The translations under genes and the position numbers were made by a program. Positions 26,462 through 46,204 of a stretch of DNA of 64,000 nucleotides are shown here, one piece after another (within the stretch, counting starts at the first letter, position 1; each line of letters starts with the position of its first letter). This DNA is from Octopus vulgaris. Lineage: Eukaryota. The stretch spans positions 2,232,001 through 2,296,000 of the forward strand of contig OX597818.1 in assembly GCA_951406725.2 (NCBI GenBank). Reading direction: 5' to 3'. The notes beneath the pieces were generated by a model. That model was not told where the DNA came from and did no database searches. It saw only the letters and a list, made by a program, of their open reading frames with translations.

Positions 26462-29051
26462 TGTAGTGATGCTACTGTGTAGGGTTCAGCGCGCATGCGC
26501 AGAATGGGACTACTTCCGGGTGGCCACCGGAAGTCTTCCCCATGCGCATGTGCGGGAAACGTTCCCTTACCCGCCAAACTCAAATCTTTCTCTCCGGTCA
26601 ACCCAGCCGACGTTCCGAAAACTGCGATCACTACCCCCTTTGGGTGTTTTGAGTTTTTATATATGAGTTTCGGGTTGCGGAATGCTACTAGCATCTTCCA
26701 GCGTTTCATTGATGAGGTTGTCCGCGGTCTTGATTTTGTGTTTGCCTATGTCGATGATATACTCATTGCGAGCGACACACGTGAAAATCATCTCCAGCAA
26801 CTTTCTCAGCTTTCTCAGCGTCTTCGCGCTTATAGTATACGTATAAATCCCGACAAGTGTGTTTTCGGGCGCTCTTCCCTAGATTTTCTAGGCCATCATA
26901 TTGATTCGACTGGAATCAGCCCTCTCTCGTCAAAAGTCGATGCCATTCAACGCATCGCACCCCCCCCACTTCCTTGCGCCAGCTCAGGCATTATCTAGGG
27001 ATGATCAACTTCTACAGACGTTTTATTCCCGGTTGTGCAGACAAGCTACTACCTCTCACCAGGCTATTAAAGGACACTCCTAGAAAGGACAGTCAAGTCA
27101 CCCTCTCTGTTGAGGCAGTGACAGCCTTTGAGTCCATTAAGAAGGAGCTGGCTTCTGTTTCTTTGCTTGCACATCCAGTTCCTGGTGCTTCTCTCTCTTT
27201 GACTGTAGACGCGTCGGACACTGCGATTGGCGCTGTGTTACAACACACGGTGGATGATCATATTCGACCTCTAGCTTTCTTTTCCCGTCAACTGCAACCA
27301 GCTGAACGACGATACAGCACCTTTGATCGTGAGCTCCTAGCGATCTATCTATCGGTTCGTCATTTCCAGCATCAACTTGAAGGGCGAGATTTTGTGATCT
27401 ATACGGATCACAAGCCCCTTTTATTTTTGCCCTGTGTTCAAAAACGGACAAACTCTCACCCCGTGCTTTTCGGCACCTGGATTTTATCTCTCAATTCACT
27501 AGCAACCTGGAAAAGAGAACGTCCCTGCTGACGCTCTCTCTCGCCTTCCAGTTTGCGCCTTTTCGTCTCCTGCTGCTATCGACTTAGCTGCCATCTCGCA
27601 GGAGCAGCCACCTTTGGCGTCGTTAGACTTAACTTCTCCCAAGTTCTCCTGTTGCCAGTTTTCCTACCTTCCGCTTCCGTCAAGTATCTTTGTGATACTT
27701 CTACTGGTTCTCCCAGGCCACTGGTGTCTGAGAACCATCAACGCTCAGTGTTTGAAGCACTGCACTCATCACATCCTGGCATCGCTGTCACCCTTAAACT
27801 AATCACTGCTCGGTTTTTCTGGCCGAATATGCGTCGCACTATTACTTCTTGGACACGCACCTGCTCCAAGTGTCAACGGTCCAAGATTCAACGGCACGTT
27901 CGTGCCCCGCTTGGACATTTTCCCCCCACGGAGGCCCGTTTTCACCATGTCCACATCGATCTGGTTGGACCATGGCCTGTGAGTCGCGGGTTCTCTTATC
28001 TGTTAACTTGTGTCGATCGTTTCTCCCGCTGGCCAGAAGCCATTCCGATAGCAGACATTTCTGAGACTGTTGCCCGAGCTTTCGTTTCAAACTGGATTTC
28101 TCGTTTCGGAGTCCCGTCCCGATTGACAACTGATCGTGGACGTCAGTTTGAGGCCTCGCTATTTCGCGAATTGTCGCGAATTTTGGGTATGCTACCAATT
28201 TTGGGTAAGCTACCATCCAGCGTCTAATGGATTGGTTGAGCGGTTCCATAGACAGCTCAAGGCCGCTCTTCGTGCCTCTTCGGACCCACAGTCCTGGATT
28301 GAATTTCTGCCCATTGTGCTTCTCGGCTGTCGGACTGCTGTCAAGGCAGACCTGGGGTTTTCTGCTGCAGAGCTGCTGTATGGTACCACACTGGCATTGC
28401 CTGGTACAATGTTGGTGCCAGACACTTCCCAGCCCCATGATCCGGCGACCTATGTCACCAGACTGCGTGCATATTTTTCGAACCTTCCACCCATGGTTCC
28501 CAGAAAGCAATCTCCACCGTCCCATTTTCCACCGGATATGAACACCTGGTCGCATGTTTTTGTTCGGGACGACTCTGTGAAGGGCCCACTTGTTTCTCCC
28601 TATAAAGGACCTTTCCGTGTGCTTTCTCGCACACCAAAGGTTTTCACGATTGAGATAAATGGTCGTTCGGAGACCGTTTCCGTGGACCGTTTAAAAAAAG
28701 CACATTTTGTGACGTACACCGTATGTTACAAAATCGGGCAGAACAGTGCATTGGCCCAAGAAACTTTCAAAGACAATCTACATTTAACTTTCTCTCAACT
28801 TTTTCTTGTTGTATGATATTATGTACCAAGTCTTCTGGGGGATCGGCAAGCCTTCTGTTTTCTGCACCACCACCACAAATTTTCTTGTTGTACTTTCGCA
28901 CACGAAGGGGAGCCTCGTAGTGATGCTACTGTGTAGGGTTCAGCGCGCATGCGCAGAATGGGACTACTTCCGGGTGGCCACCGGAAGTCTTCCCCATGCG
29001 CATGTGCGGGAAACGTTCCCTTACCCGCCAAACTCAAATCTTTCTCTCCGG
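26462..29051 (+). mobile_element. Ty3/Gypsy LTR retrotransposon, internally deleted (half RT, RNase H, integrase) between two identical 135-bp LTR segments
   Basis: KTAITTPFG, YVDDIL, LTVDASD, YTDHKPL, HPG...[23 protein letters not shown]; 26463-26597 is identical to 28917-29051; purine tract gaaggggag at 28904-28912. Confidence 0.92.
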
Positions 29052-29074
29052 CAAGTCAGCTCATCGCGATCGGA

Positions 29075-30580
29075 CGCACATTGCTTTTTGTCGGTACCAA
29101 GACCGTTTTGGTGTGTAGGTACAGAAATGCCTTCTGTCATGTTCTTATTCACACCAGGAAAACTAACTCAGCTGCAGCTCTACTATGAATCGTGCATTTT
29201 TTGTCGAAGACTGCATCTCTCATATGTATTTTCTGGTTGACTCAGATGCTTCCTGCAGCATACGGCCGGTGAAGTTTGTCACAAATTTAGTCCAAGCCTA
29301 TCCTGATGTTCAGGCAGATATCTCTCTCCCAAGACTTAGCACTTCGGATCTTCATCATTGCTGACCTGCCTTACCCCATCGTTGGGGCAGATTTCCTCCA
29401 CCGCTTCTCGATCCTCATGGATGTTCATAGGCAGAATTTGTTGGACAGTTCAGCAGATGTATTGATTTTTGGTCGCAAAGCAGTTACTCCTATTATGAGC
29501 CCGTTATTTTTCATTGCTATATCTGGTGATACATATCACACTTTTGAACTCATTTCCTGAGCTGACCGACCTAAATTTCCCTGTGAGTAATCCTGTCCAT
29601 CTACGAGGCATTTCATCAATACTACCAGTCCACCAGTTTTTGCTCAACATTTACCTCCAGACAAACTCAAGGCTACAAAAGCTGAATTTGACTACATGAT
29701 GTAGTATTTGTTCTACTAGTCCCTGGTCGTTGCCTTTTCGTTTACTTTAATATTTTGATCTACTGATTTTCGTCCAGTTGAGGACTACAGGAGGTTAAAT
29801 TTCATCATAATTTAACCTCCATCTGCAGAATTTTTCTTCCATCTTGCATGGATGCACCATTTTCTCCAAGGTTGACCTCGTCCCAGCATATCATCAAATT
29901 CCTCTCAACCAGGACAATATTCCCAAAAGTGCTGCCACTACACCATTTAGTTCCTTAGACTTTTTTTGCAGGTAGCAAGCACCTTTCAAAGGTTTATAGA
30001 CGAGGTCATTCACAGTCTTGACTTCATCTATGCCTATATTGATGACGTACTCATCATGAATTCTACGAAGGAAGAGCACGTCCAGCATATCGTGATGGGA
30101 TTCATCCTCTCTTAGAGAAGGTACAGGCAATTCAGAAGCTTCCTCCTCCATCTTCTCTTCAGCAGCTTTGCCGTTTCCTTGGTTTGGTCAATTTTTATCG
30201 CCAATTCATCCCACATCGTACGGAGAAATAAGAAAAAGAACGGGGTTATCTCCCCTCACCATCACTTGTTGCTGATTTTCAAACTGTTAAACAAGCACTG
30301 GCTGATGTTTCAATGTTAGTCCACCCCAAATCCGATGCAAAGCTTTCACTTGTAGTACAGTAAGCAGACCAAGGAATTATACAACTGCTGGCATTTTATT
30401 CCCGCCAGCTCAAGCCCATAATTTCCTGGAAGGAAGGGAGGGATTTTACAATATTCACAGACCACAAACCCCTTACCTTTGCTCTGTTTACCAAGCTGGA
30501 TAAGTGTTCACCGGGAGACCTGACATTTTGATTATATATCACGGTTTTCTAGTGATATTTGGCATATCTCTTTTCTAGCA
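29075..30580 (+). mobile_element. Older degraded Gypsy internal region (gag end, protease, RT, RNase H)
   Basis: CRYQDRFG..QKC zinc-knuckle remnant, FLVDSDASCS, IVGADFL, FSKVDL..YHQIP, YIDDVL, FTDHKPL; many stops. Confidence 0.8.
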
Positions 30581-30724
30581 ATTCTGTTGCTGAAGTGCAT
30601 GTGTGTATGTATGTATGTGTAGGTGTGATGTGTAATGTGGGGAGGTGTGGATTGGGAAGGGGTGTATGTGAGGAGAGAAGAGGGAAAGAGAATAGTGGTG
30701 AAGAGAAGTTGGGTGGGAAGAAGT

Positions 30725-30945
30725 AGGGGTGATTAATCCCTGTTCACGGCGCAAGTGGGAGTCAGGATGGCCTCTGTGCCAGGACAGCGACCGGTGGAGC
30801 GGAAATGGCGTGAGACTGGGGTGTCATTGCTGAGGCGGGTGTCTCAGAGGTGTTCCATGAACCGGTCAGCCAAGCGGCGTCCCGTTTGTCCGATGTACAG
30901 GTAATGGCATTGCTGGAGGTGCAGGTGAAGGAGTTGATGATGGGT
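30725..30945 (-). mobile_element. Penelope-like element GIY-YIG endonuclease fragment
   Basis: SFTCTSSN / CHYLYIGQTGRRLADRFMEHL. Confidence 0.75.
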
Positions 30946-30959
30946 GCCACTGAAAGAAC

Positions 30960-31545
30960 CATTAACAATAGAAAGGAGAAATGCAGAGCAGTGGTAGACT
31001 ATTATTTTCTTTGTCGAATTATTGACCCAGACTGCCTTCAACCAACTGTTAAAGATGGTTGAAGATCTGTAATGATCAGGGGAAAGGCTATATCTTCCAA
31101 TCATGGCGATGAAAGGGAATGATGCATGTAGAACTGTGCTACCAGATTTCCACAATAACAATGAACAGGTAATTATCTCGTACAGAATACTGAAAGTTGT
31201 GGCGTGTGCAATCATTAGAGAAACGAAAGAAGAAACTGAAACCACTGCCACCAAATTAGTAAAAATTGATCTAGCCAAATAAAAAAAGACAGCAGAAACA
31301 AATTGGAGGTGCGGGAGCCGGAAGCCTCTGCATAGAAATCTGAAATGCTGATGTGACTTAGAAGTTCAGAACCAAACGAATACGATAATTGCCAGTATTT
31401 ACATTGGAAAATTATGTAGATACGAAGAAATCATCATTCCTGCTTACTGGTATGAACATCAGCCAGTCGTTGAAAGAAAAATATTATTTTCGATCCAAGC
31501 AAATCAAACTTGTAGACTAATAGATGTAAGCTTTCCTACAGAGAT
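30960..31545 (+). mobile_element. Highly decayed R4/Dong-like (RLE) non-LTR fragment
   Basis: Scattered RERLYLP, LHWK, WYEHQP and CRLIDVSFP remnants. Confidence 0.5.
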
Positions 31546-31619
31546 AGGAATTTAATAACTTATATATATATATTCTCAACTTATATATATAACTTATATA
31601 TATATATATATATGAATAA

Positions 31620-34600
31620 AAATATAAATTCATCCTTTTATATAGTAGATTCTTCAGTTACACAGTTTAGGCAGAATCAGGAATGATTTTTAAAATCTAA
31701 TCCAACGTCACCCTCTACCATTTCTATTTTGCTTCTTTTCTAAAACTAATAAATCAAATCAATTACCAATGGCAATCACAGCAATCATAAATCAAAAATT
31801 ACTTCCTAACCTAAAAAGAAAAGCAACACACAAAAATAAAAGTGATTTCATAAGCATTCGTGACTTCAAAAATTATGTCTTTAAAACATATTGTCTACAA
31901 GATTGTCGAAGTTCTTCGACAATCCTCAAAAATGAGCAAATTAATAATAGATTCAAAAATATCTTATAGCAAATATAAAGCACATCCTAAAAAACGCAAG
32001 TAAGGTTTACAGGAGAAACAACAAATTATATACGCTATTTACAAATGGCGAAGTGGTTATTAGTGCAGGCTACTAACGACCATAATAATAAACATCAAAA
32101 AATACCATAGAAATGACAACCTAGGTTTGAAATTTCATAGAAAAACCTAATGAGGGTGTTTCAGACAAGACAATTGCTTTAAACAGGGTGAAAACAAATA
32201 TGATGACATTTCCAATCAGTTAAGATCAGAAGCCAAGAGTACCCAGTACTGCATCAGGAAGGTTTAACATTATTTTAACACATATACATCGTGAGGCACA
32301 ACAGATATATACAAATATACCATGGTTTTGCCAGGATAGCCTGCATCAAAATAATGGGGTAATTCTCAAACGTGGAAATATGTTGAAAATATAAACATTT
32401 TTTTTATAGAAGATTCTTCAGGTACACAGTTTAGGCAAATTCAGGAATGATTTCAAAATCTAATCTAACGTTTTTCTATTGTTGCTTCTTATTTAAAACT
32501 AATACATCACCAGTGGCAATCACAGCAAAGATAACTTCATAAGAAGAAAAGCAACACACAAGCATAAAAGTGATCTCATAAGCATTCGTGACAATACTGC
32601 AAAAATTATATATTTTGAAGTTCTTCAAAGCATATAAGATCTTTAAGACATATTGTCTTCAAGATTGTAGGTGTTTTTATGAAATTTCAAACCTAGGTTG
32701 TAATTCCTATGATATTTTTTGATGTTTATAATTATTGTCTATAGTAGACTGCACTATTACCACTATTATCACGAATGCTTATGAAATCACTGTTACTTTT
32801 GTGTGTTGCTTTTCTTCTTAGGTTAGGAAGTTATTCTTGATTTCTGATTGCTGTGATTGCAATTGGTGATTGATGTGATCAATCACCAATGTGATGTATT
32901 AGTTTTGAAAAAGAAACAATAGAAGTGGGAGAGGATGACGTTACATTAGAAATCTCGACCCAAGTTTGTCATTCCTATGTTATTTTTTTATGCTTATAAG
33001 TGTCGATAGTAGCCTCCTCTATTAACCACTTCGCAATTTGTAAATAACGTATATAATTTGTTGTTTCATTATTTAAAAACATATACATCGTGGGGAACAA
33101 CTAATACAGATATATACAAATATACCATGGTTTTGCCAGGATGACCTATAACAAAATAATGGGGTACACAGGTACACAGTTTAGGCAGAATCAGGAATGA
33201 TTTCAAAATCTAATGTAACGTTACCTACTTCCATTGCTTCTTTTTTTAAACTACACAGCAAAAATAACTTCCTAAGAAGAAAAACCAACACACAAGATTT
33301 TCATAAGCATTAGTGTCAATACTGCAAAAATTATATATTTTGAAGTTCTTCAAAATATATAAGTTCTTCAAAGAATATAAGAAATATTGTCTTCAAGATT
33401 GTCAAAGTTCTTTGAAAATATTCAAAAATGTGCAAATTAACAATAGATTTAAAAATATATTATAGCAAATATAAAGCACATCCTAAAAAACTCAAGTAAG
33501 ATTTACAGTTGAAACAAGAAATTATTTAAGTTATATACAAAAGGCGAAGTGGTTTTTAGAGCTACCTAGGTTCGAAATTTAATAAAAACACCTAATGAGG
33601 GTGCGTTTTGATCAGGGGTTAATTATTATTATTATAATTTCTATAAACATTTTATGTTTAAGAGTAATATCATTAGAAAAGAAACGACAAAAATAAGTGA
33701 TTTCATAAGCATTCACGAATGCTTATGAAATCACAATACTGCAATACATATTGTTTTTAAGATGGTCGAAGCTCTTCGACAATCCTCAAAAAGGAGCAAA
33801 TTGATAATAGATTTTTAAAAATTTTACAGCAAATATAAAGCACATTCTAAAAACTCAAATAAGATTTACAGCAGAATCAATTTATAATAGAGCAGGCTAC
33901 TATCGACAATAATAATAGATATCAAAAAATAACACAGGAATGACAACCTTGGCTCGAAGTTTCATAAAAACAGCTAATGAGGGTTAAACAGACTGAGGAA
34001 AAATATATTTCCAATCAGTTATGATCAGAAGCCAAGAGAGCGCGGTACTGCAACTGGGTTAAATATTATTATTATAATTTCCAGGAAAGTTTTATGTTTA
34101 AGAGAAATATCAAACAATGAAGTATATTTCAGAAAACAAACGACAAATTCTTAAATGGAAGGTTTAACATAATTTAAACATCGCGGATCACAACTTACTG
34201 GTTTTGCTAGGATGCCCTACATCAAAATAAAGGATTTATTCTTAAACGTGGAAATATGTTGAAAATATAAATTCATTCTTTTATATAGTAGATTCTTCAG
34301 GTACACAGTTTAGGGAGTAACAGAAATGATATTAAAATCTAATGTAACGTCATCCTCTCCATTTCTATTGTTGCATCTTTTTTAAAACAAATACATCACA
34401 TCAATCACCAATGGCAATTACAGCAATCATAAATCAAAAATCAACTTCCTAACCTAAGAAGAAAAGCTACACACAAAAATAAAAGTGATTTCATAAGCAT
34501 TCTTGACAATACGGCAAAAAAATCTTGAAGACATAGTCTTCAAGTTCTTGAAGACATTATGTCTTCAAGTTCTTGAAGACATTATGTCTTCAAGATTTTG

Positions 34601-35200
34601 ACAATCCTCAAAAATGAGCAAACGATGCCCTACATCGAAATATTTGGGTAATTCTCTAATGTGGAAATATGTTGAAAATATGAATTCATTAGAGAATGAA
34701 TACACAGTAAACTGTGTATTTGAGATTCAAATTGTGTATTTGAGAGGCAGAATCAGGAGTGATTTTAAAATCTAATCCAATGTCATCCTCTCCAAAATTA
34801 ACACATTACATCAATCACCAATGGAAATCACAGATATCATAAATGATTTCATAAACATTCGCGATAATAAAGAAAAATTATGTTTTCAATACATTGTCTT
34901 CAAGATATTCGAAGTTATCAAAAATGAGCAAATAAATAATAGATTCAAAAATATTTCATAGCAAATATAAAGCACATCCTTAAAGGAGTAACGTCATAAA
35001 AAATGTAGCATTTTTCAGAAAAATAAAAGTTAATTCGTGACAATACCACAAAATTATGTCTTCAAGATTGTCGAAATTCCTCGAAAATACTCAAAAATGA
35101 GCAAATTAATAATAGATTTTAAAAAAAATTTTATAGCAAATATAAAGCACATCCTAAATAACACAACTAAGATTTACAGGAGAAACATCAAATTATAGAC
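31620..35200. repeat. Scrambled AT-rich complex repeat (unclassified); resumes at 42165-42365
   Basis: Modules such as aaaagtgatttcataagcattcgtgac, tatagcaaatataaagcacatcctaaa and caggtacacagtttaggcagaatcaggaatgattt recur several times, some inverted. Confidence 0.85.
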
Positions 35201-35815
35201 GTGTGTAATGACGCTATCCAACAGTGCGCTCGCGTGAAACATCTTCAGTTCGTGTGTGGGGTTTTGGAGCGAAGACCGGAAGGAAGAAATGATGATGTGG
35301 CATTTTAGCTGACAGGAGGCTATATTTGACCAACTCGGTTTGCTGCTGAACTTTTAATATACTTGCAAGCGTTAAAGTTCAGCCTTGCCACCTCCAGAAC
35401 CGAGTGGAACCAAATATACCACCTTATTTCTTACTGTTATAAGAAAAATAAAGAGTATATATTTTTACTGTTGCGTTTGTGTTCTTTGACCTTGTAGAAT
35501 CTAGAAATTTAAGGAACGGAAATTGTGAATGCACTCGAGTTGCACCCTAAAATTGCAAGAAGCAACTAATTCCCGTTTCTGCCATGTCTGAACCACGATC
35601 AACCTGCACAGTCATCATCCTTCAACTGTTTGCTTCCACTCGCCTCAAACAGTTTTCAGCTATTTCATCTTTTTTCGGTTAAGACATGAAGGTTTGTAAA
35701 ATAAAAAAGAAAAGAATCTTTTTTATTCTCCTTGCCACAGTATATTAACAAAAAAAAACATATAAAAAAATAATTGCTTGCCTTATTTTTCCTCTTCTCT
35801 TTGTTGCGTCCGTTC

Positions 35816-42164
<6,349 letters not shown>

Positions 42165-42763
42165 ATCATAAATCAAAAATAACTTCCTAACATAAGAATA
42201 AAAGCAACACAAAAATAAAAGTGATTTCATAAGCATTCGTGACATTACGGCAAAAATTATGTCTTCAAGACACATTGTCTGCAAGATTGTCAAAGTTCTT
42301 CGACAATCCTCAAAAATAAGCAAATATAGCAAATATAAAGCAAATCCTAAAAAACTCAAGTAAGACAATATGCGAACACTACAAACCTGATTTTCAAATT
42401 TACCACTTTTCTCATGAAGGTTACTAAAAATAGCATGTTTCACATTTGTTTAAACCGATGCAATGTTTATTGTTCTGTGCGTATATGCAGCCCCCTAAAG
42501 TGGCTCCCTAATCAGTTGACACACTAACTCAGTTACACAGATGTATGTATTTATGTATGTATGTATGTATGTATGTTTGTATGTATGAATGCATCTATGT
42601 ATTCATCTATGTATACAAGTAAATTTGCAATACACGTTATGTAAACATCAGTATCTATATAAATATATATATATATATCTCAACTTTGCTTGTACAAGCA
42701 TATATATATATATGTTTATATATAAAAATATATATATGTGTATAAACAAATATTTTTATATAT

Positions 42764-42834
<71 letters not shown>

Positions 42835-43489
42835 TATATGTTTTTATCATGAATGAAAATTTACATATTTGCATAATTTATTTTAAAAATGCATTCAAAA
42901 ATTTTGAAAATTTCAAAATCTGATCTTTTGCACAGTCGCAAAGACATTTCTATGAAAAACGTTTTAAACTCAAACTTATTTACCAACAGTTTACTCAAAT
43001 TTTACAAAATTTTTACATTTTTCAAAATTTTGCGATTTGTAACAATATAACCTTATTACCAATAAGGTTTCGTTATATTTGGTCATATAAAATGTTATTG
43101 CTATATTTGTGATATGCATACTTTTGAGTTTGAAAAATGTCTGTCAGGAAAAGGATTTGTTTGAAATTTGGGTTTGCAATGTCATTTCAGTCACTTAGAA
43201 ACAACTTGTGTCAAAATTTTGTGGTTTGTGTTTTCTGATTATATTGACATATAATCATATCATTAATTAGTTTACCAATTCGTCTGATGTTTTTAAGATT
43301 GCATACATATTTACATGCTTGCACACGGATACTTTTCTAAATCTATTAAGTTTGTACACATGTACAGGGATGCTCATATGTTGTACAACTGAAATATACT
43401 CATCTGCATGTATTATTATATACATATATACTAATGCATGTATTAATTAAGCCAAAAAAGCAAATAAATAAATCAGAATCTTTTTCAGG

Positions 43490-44320
43490 TAGGGGCTTGC
43501 AGAAACATCCCTAAAAATTTCTGAAGTTTCTTTGCCTATCGCAAGCTATTTTAAGATAGGTCTTTGTGGCATGAGGAGAACTTTTGAAAACCAGGAACGC
43601 ACGGACCGTGTACCATGTGTGCCTTCAAAATGTCGTACAGCTGCCGGTCAACAGTTGGGTCCGCAATTTCTGCTGCAATGAGATCATCATTGTTGGGTCT
43701 ATTTTCTTGACCAACCAAAGCAAATTGGGCGCGTGTGGCAACCCCTTTTCTGCCACTCAACAGTATCAATGACATGTAGGAGACACCAAATGCATTCTGT
43801 AACTTGCCTGGCATCCAACCATAGAAACATAGCAAAACCTAACAATACGGATGGTAGTTCTGTTTTTGTTCGTTTATATGTTTTAAGATAGCAGTTAACA
43901 GGCCCAAAAACCTGGCCTTTTTCTATTAAATGAATGAGCCAGTTTCTGCCTGAAAACTCTTGCAATAATATCATGGCGATGACAGTACTGCTGCCCTGGG
44001 AGAAGTTTTCGCGTTACCTCAACCCACTTTGGGTTACATGTAAAGGTAATGAATAAATCGGGTCGCCCATAATGCCGAACGTAAGTCATAGCGTCTTGTG
44101 TTCGCTCATGCATGTACTATGGGCCCCCTGTATAGGTTGAGGGGAGAATGCACATTTTGCAGGCGTCAGTGTCATTCTTGATGCCATCACGCTTCTGATT
44201 CAATCTGATGAAGCACAGTCTCTCGGACTCCATCTTTGCAGCCATATCAACTGCAAACTGGTGAAACAGTTCCCGTGATCTGTGCAGGGGGTTGAAATCA
44301 TTATGCCTTGTCATGAGGGT
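43490..44320 (-). mobile_element. Helitron Rep (HUH) domain remnant
   Basis: FHQFAVD, ILPSTYTGGP, QDAMTYVRHYGRPDLFITFTCNPKW, ARVFRQK, VEWQKRG, HMVHGPC. Confidence 0.9.
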
Positions 44321-46204
44321 TAGCCAGTTGCTATGGCATTGAGGTAGATCCGGCCAGACCCGTTAACCTAAATTTAAAATGATGGATAATATAATTTATA
44401 CAAAAATGAAAATAGTAATTAAAGAGTAAATTTATTCAATAAAATCGCTATTGGCTTCAACCATGGTTTCCAAATAATTTCGGAATCTCGGCCGCTCTTC
44501 TAAATAGTTTCCTTGAGGGAACGATATTGCTACATATCATTTTATAACTGTTTTGTCAGGATATGATTTTATCCCGAAATCTAAGTAGTTTTTTCCAGCA
44601 AGTTTGTTTGTTTCTCTATCTGAAGCTATCTTGAGATAAATAAGCTATCTTAAAACAAATAAACAAACAAAAACAGAACTGCCATCCGTATTGTTAGTTT
44701 TTGCTATGTTTCTATGGTTGGATGCCAGGCAAGTTACAGAATGCATTTGGTGTCTCCTACATGTCATTGATACTGGTGCTCTTTTATATGTTCTTGCTTT
44801 TAAGGTATTATTGGCACGAGCACCTTTTATATATTGATAGCATGGGTGTATTTTACATGCTTACAACATCTTTACCTTTGCAAAATCGTATCCATGTTCA
44901 CATGCATGTACAATTTTCATATACATAACAATTTTGTTAAAATTTTATGCTACACATTTTCTAATTTCTGTCAATATTGTAGCATAGTAGTGTACATTTA
45001 GCACATATCTTGTTTCTGATAGACATTTTTAAAACTCAAAATCAGAGATGATTTTAAAATTAAGACTAGCTGAAATAAACTCGACTGCCCTGCATTTAGG
45101 CATGCACACAAACATGCATATGAGAATGTACATGTGTACAAACATATTCATGTATGCATGAACGAGATGCATGCTGTACATACATGCATAAATACGTATT
45201 TTTATGCTACACGTTAGTGTACATTTGGCACATATCCTGTTTCTGATAGACATTTTTAAATCTCAAAATTTTAGAGTAGGGATGAATTCTTATTAAAATT
45301 GTGAATGCCTATTCTCTCTACTAAAACCTCTGGTTTTAATAATTAAAAAGATGATATCTATTTATAAAGATTTAAATAGAAACATACGGCATGGTAAAAT
45401 TATATTCTATTAAATGTTTCCATATTACAATAATGTTTAAATTACATGCTTTTCTTAACGAAATTTGTTGAATGATAATTTTGCGATTTCTGACAAAAAA
45501 AACGTTATTGTTATATTTGTAATTATTCATGCATAATAAGTCTGCTAGAAAAAGGATATTTTTTTAATTTGTAAAATGTTCACTAATATACAAAATTTTG
45601 CGATGTGTGTCAATAGATCAATAGGTTCGGTTATATACACTAAAACGTTATTGCTATATTTGTGATTATGCATGCATAGTTTTGAATTTGAAAATTGTTT
45701 GTCAGAAAAAGGATTTGTGTGAAATTTGTAAAATGTACAATAATATACAAAATTTGGGTTTGCAATGTTATGCAACTCAATTCTCATTTTAAAACATGTG
45801 TCAAAATTTTGTGATTTGTGTTATCTATTGGGTAAATATAATCATATTAATTATTTCAGTCATATTTACCAATTAGTATGATGCTTTTTACGTATGCATA
45901 CATATTTACATGCTTGCATAGATACGGATACGTTTGTACACATGTACATGTTTTTTACTTCTAATAATAAGTGCATTCAGAAAGTGCAAACTTCTGCCAT
46001 TATTAAGTTGGATATTTGTACGATGGTATAGTTGTCATGTTTCTATGGGTGGACCTTTTCTGAAGCCAAGGAAGTTATAGTGCATTGGGTGTCTCCATGT
46101 CATTCGTACCGGGGATCTTTTAAACGTTGCCAGCAAGTATATGTGTCAACATATACACATATTTACATACTTAATGATAGCTGCATTCTCATATACACAC
46201 ATAC

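Noticed and set aside
29045-29058. GC-type splice donor (ccg|gcaagt) as an explanation for the LTR-RT fusion
   Set aside because: No compatible AG acceptor can be reconstructed at the RT junction; tccgg microhomology deletion is simpler
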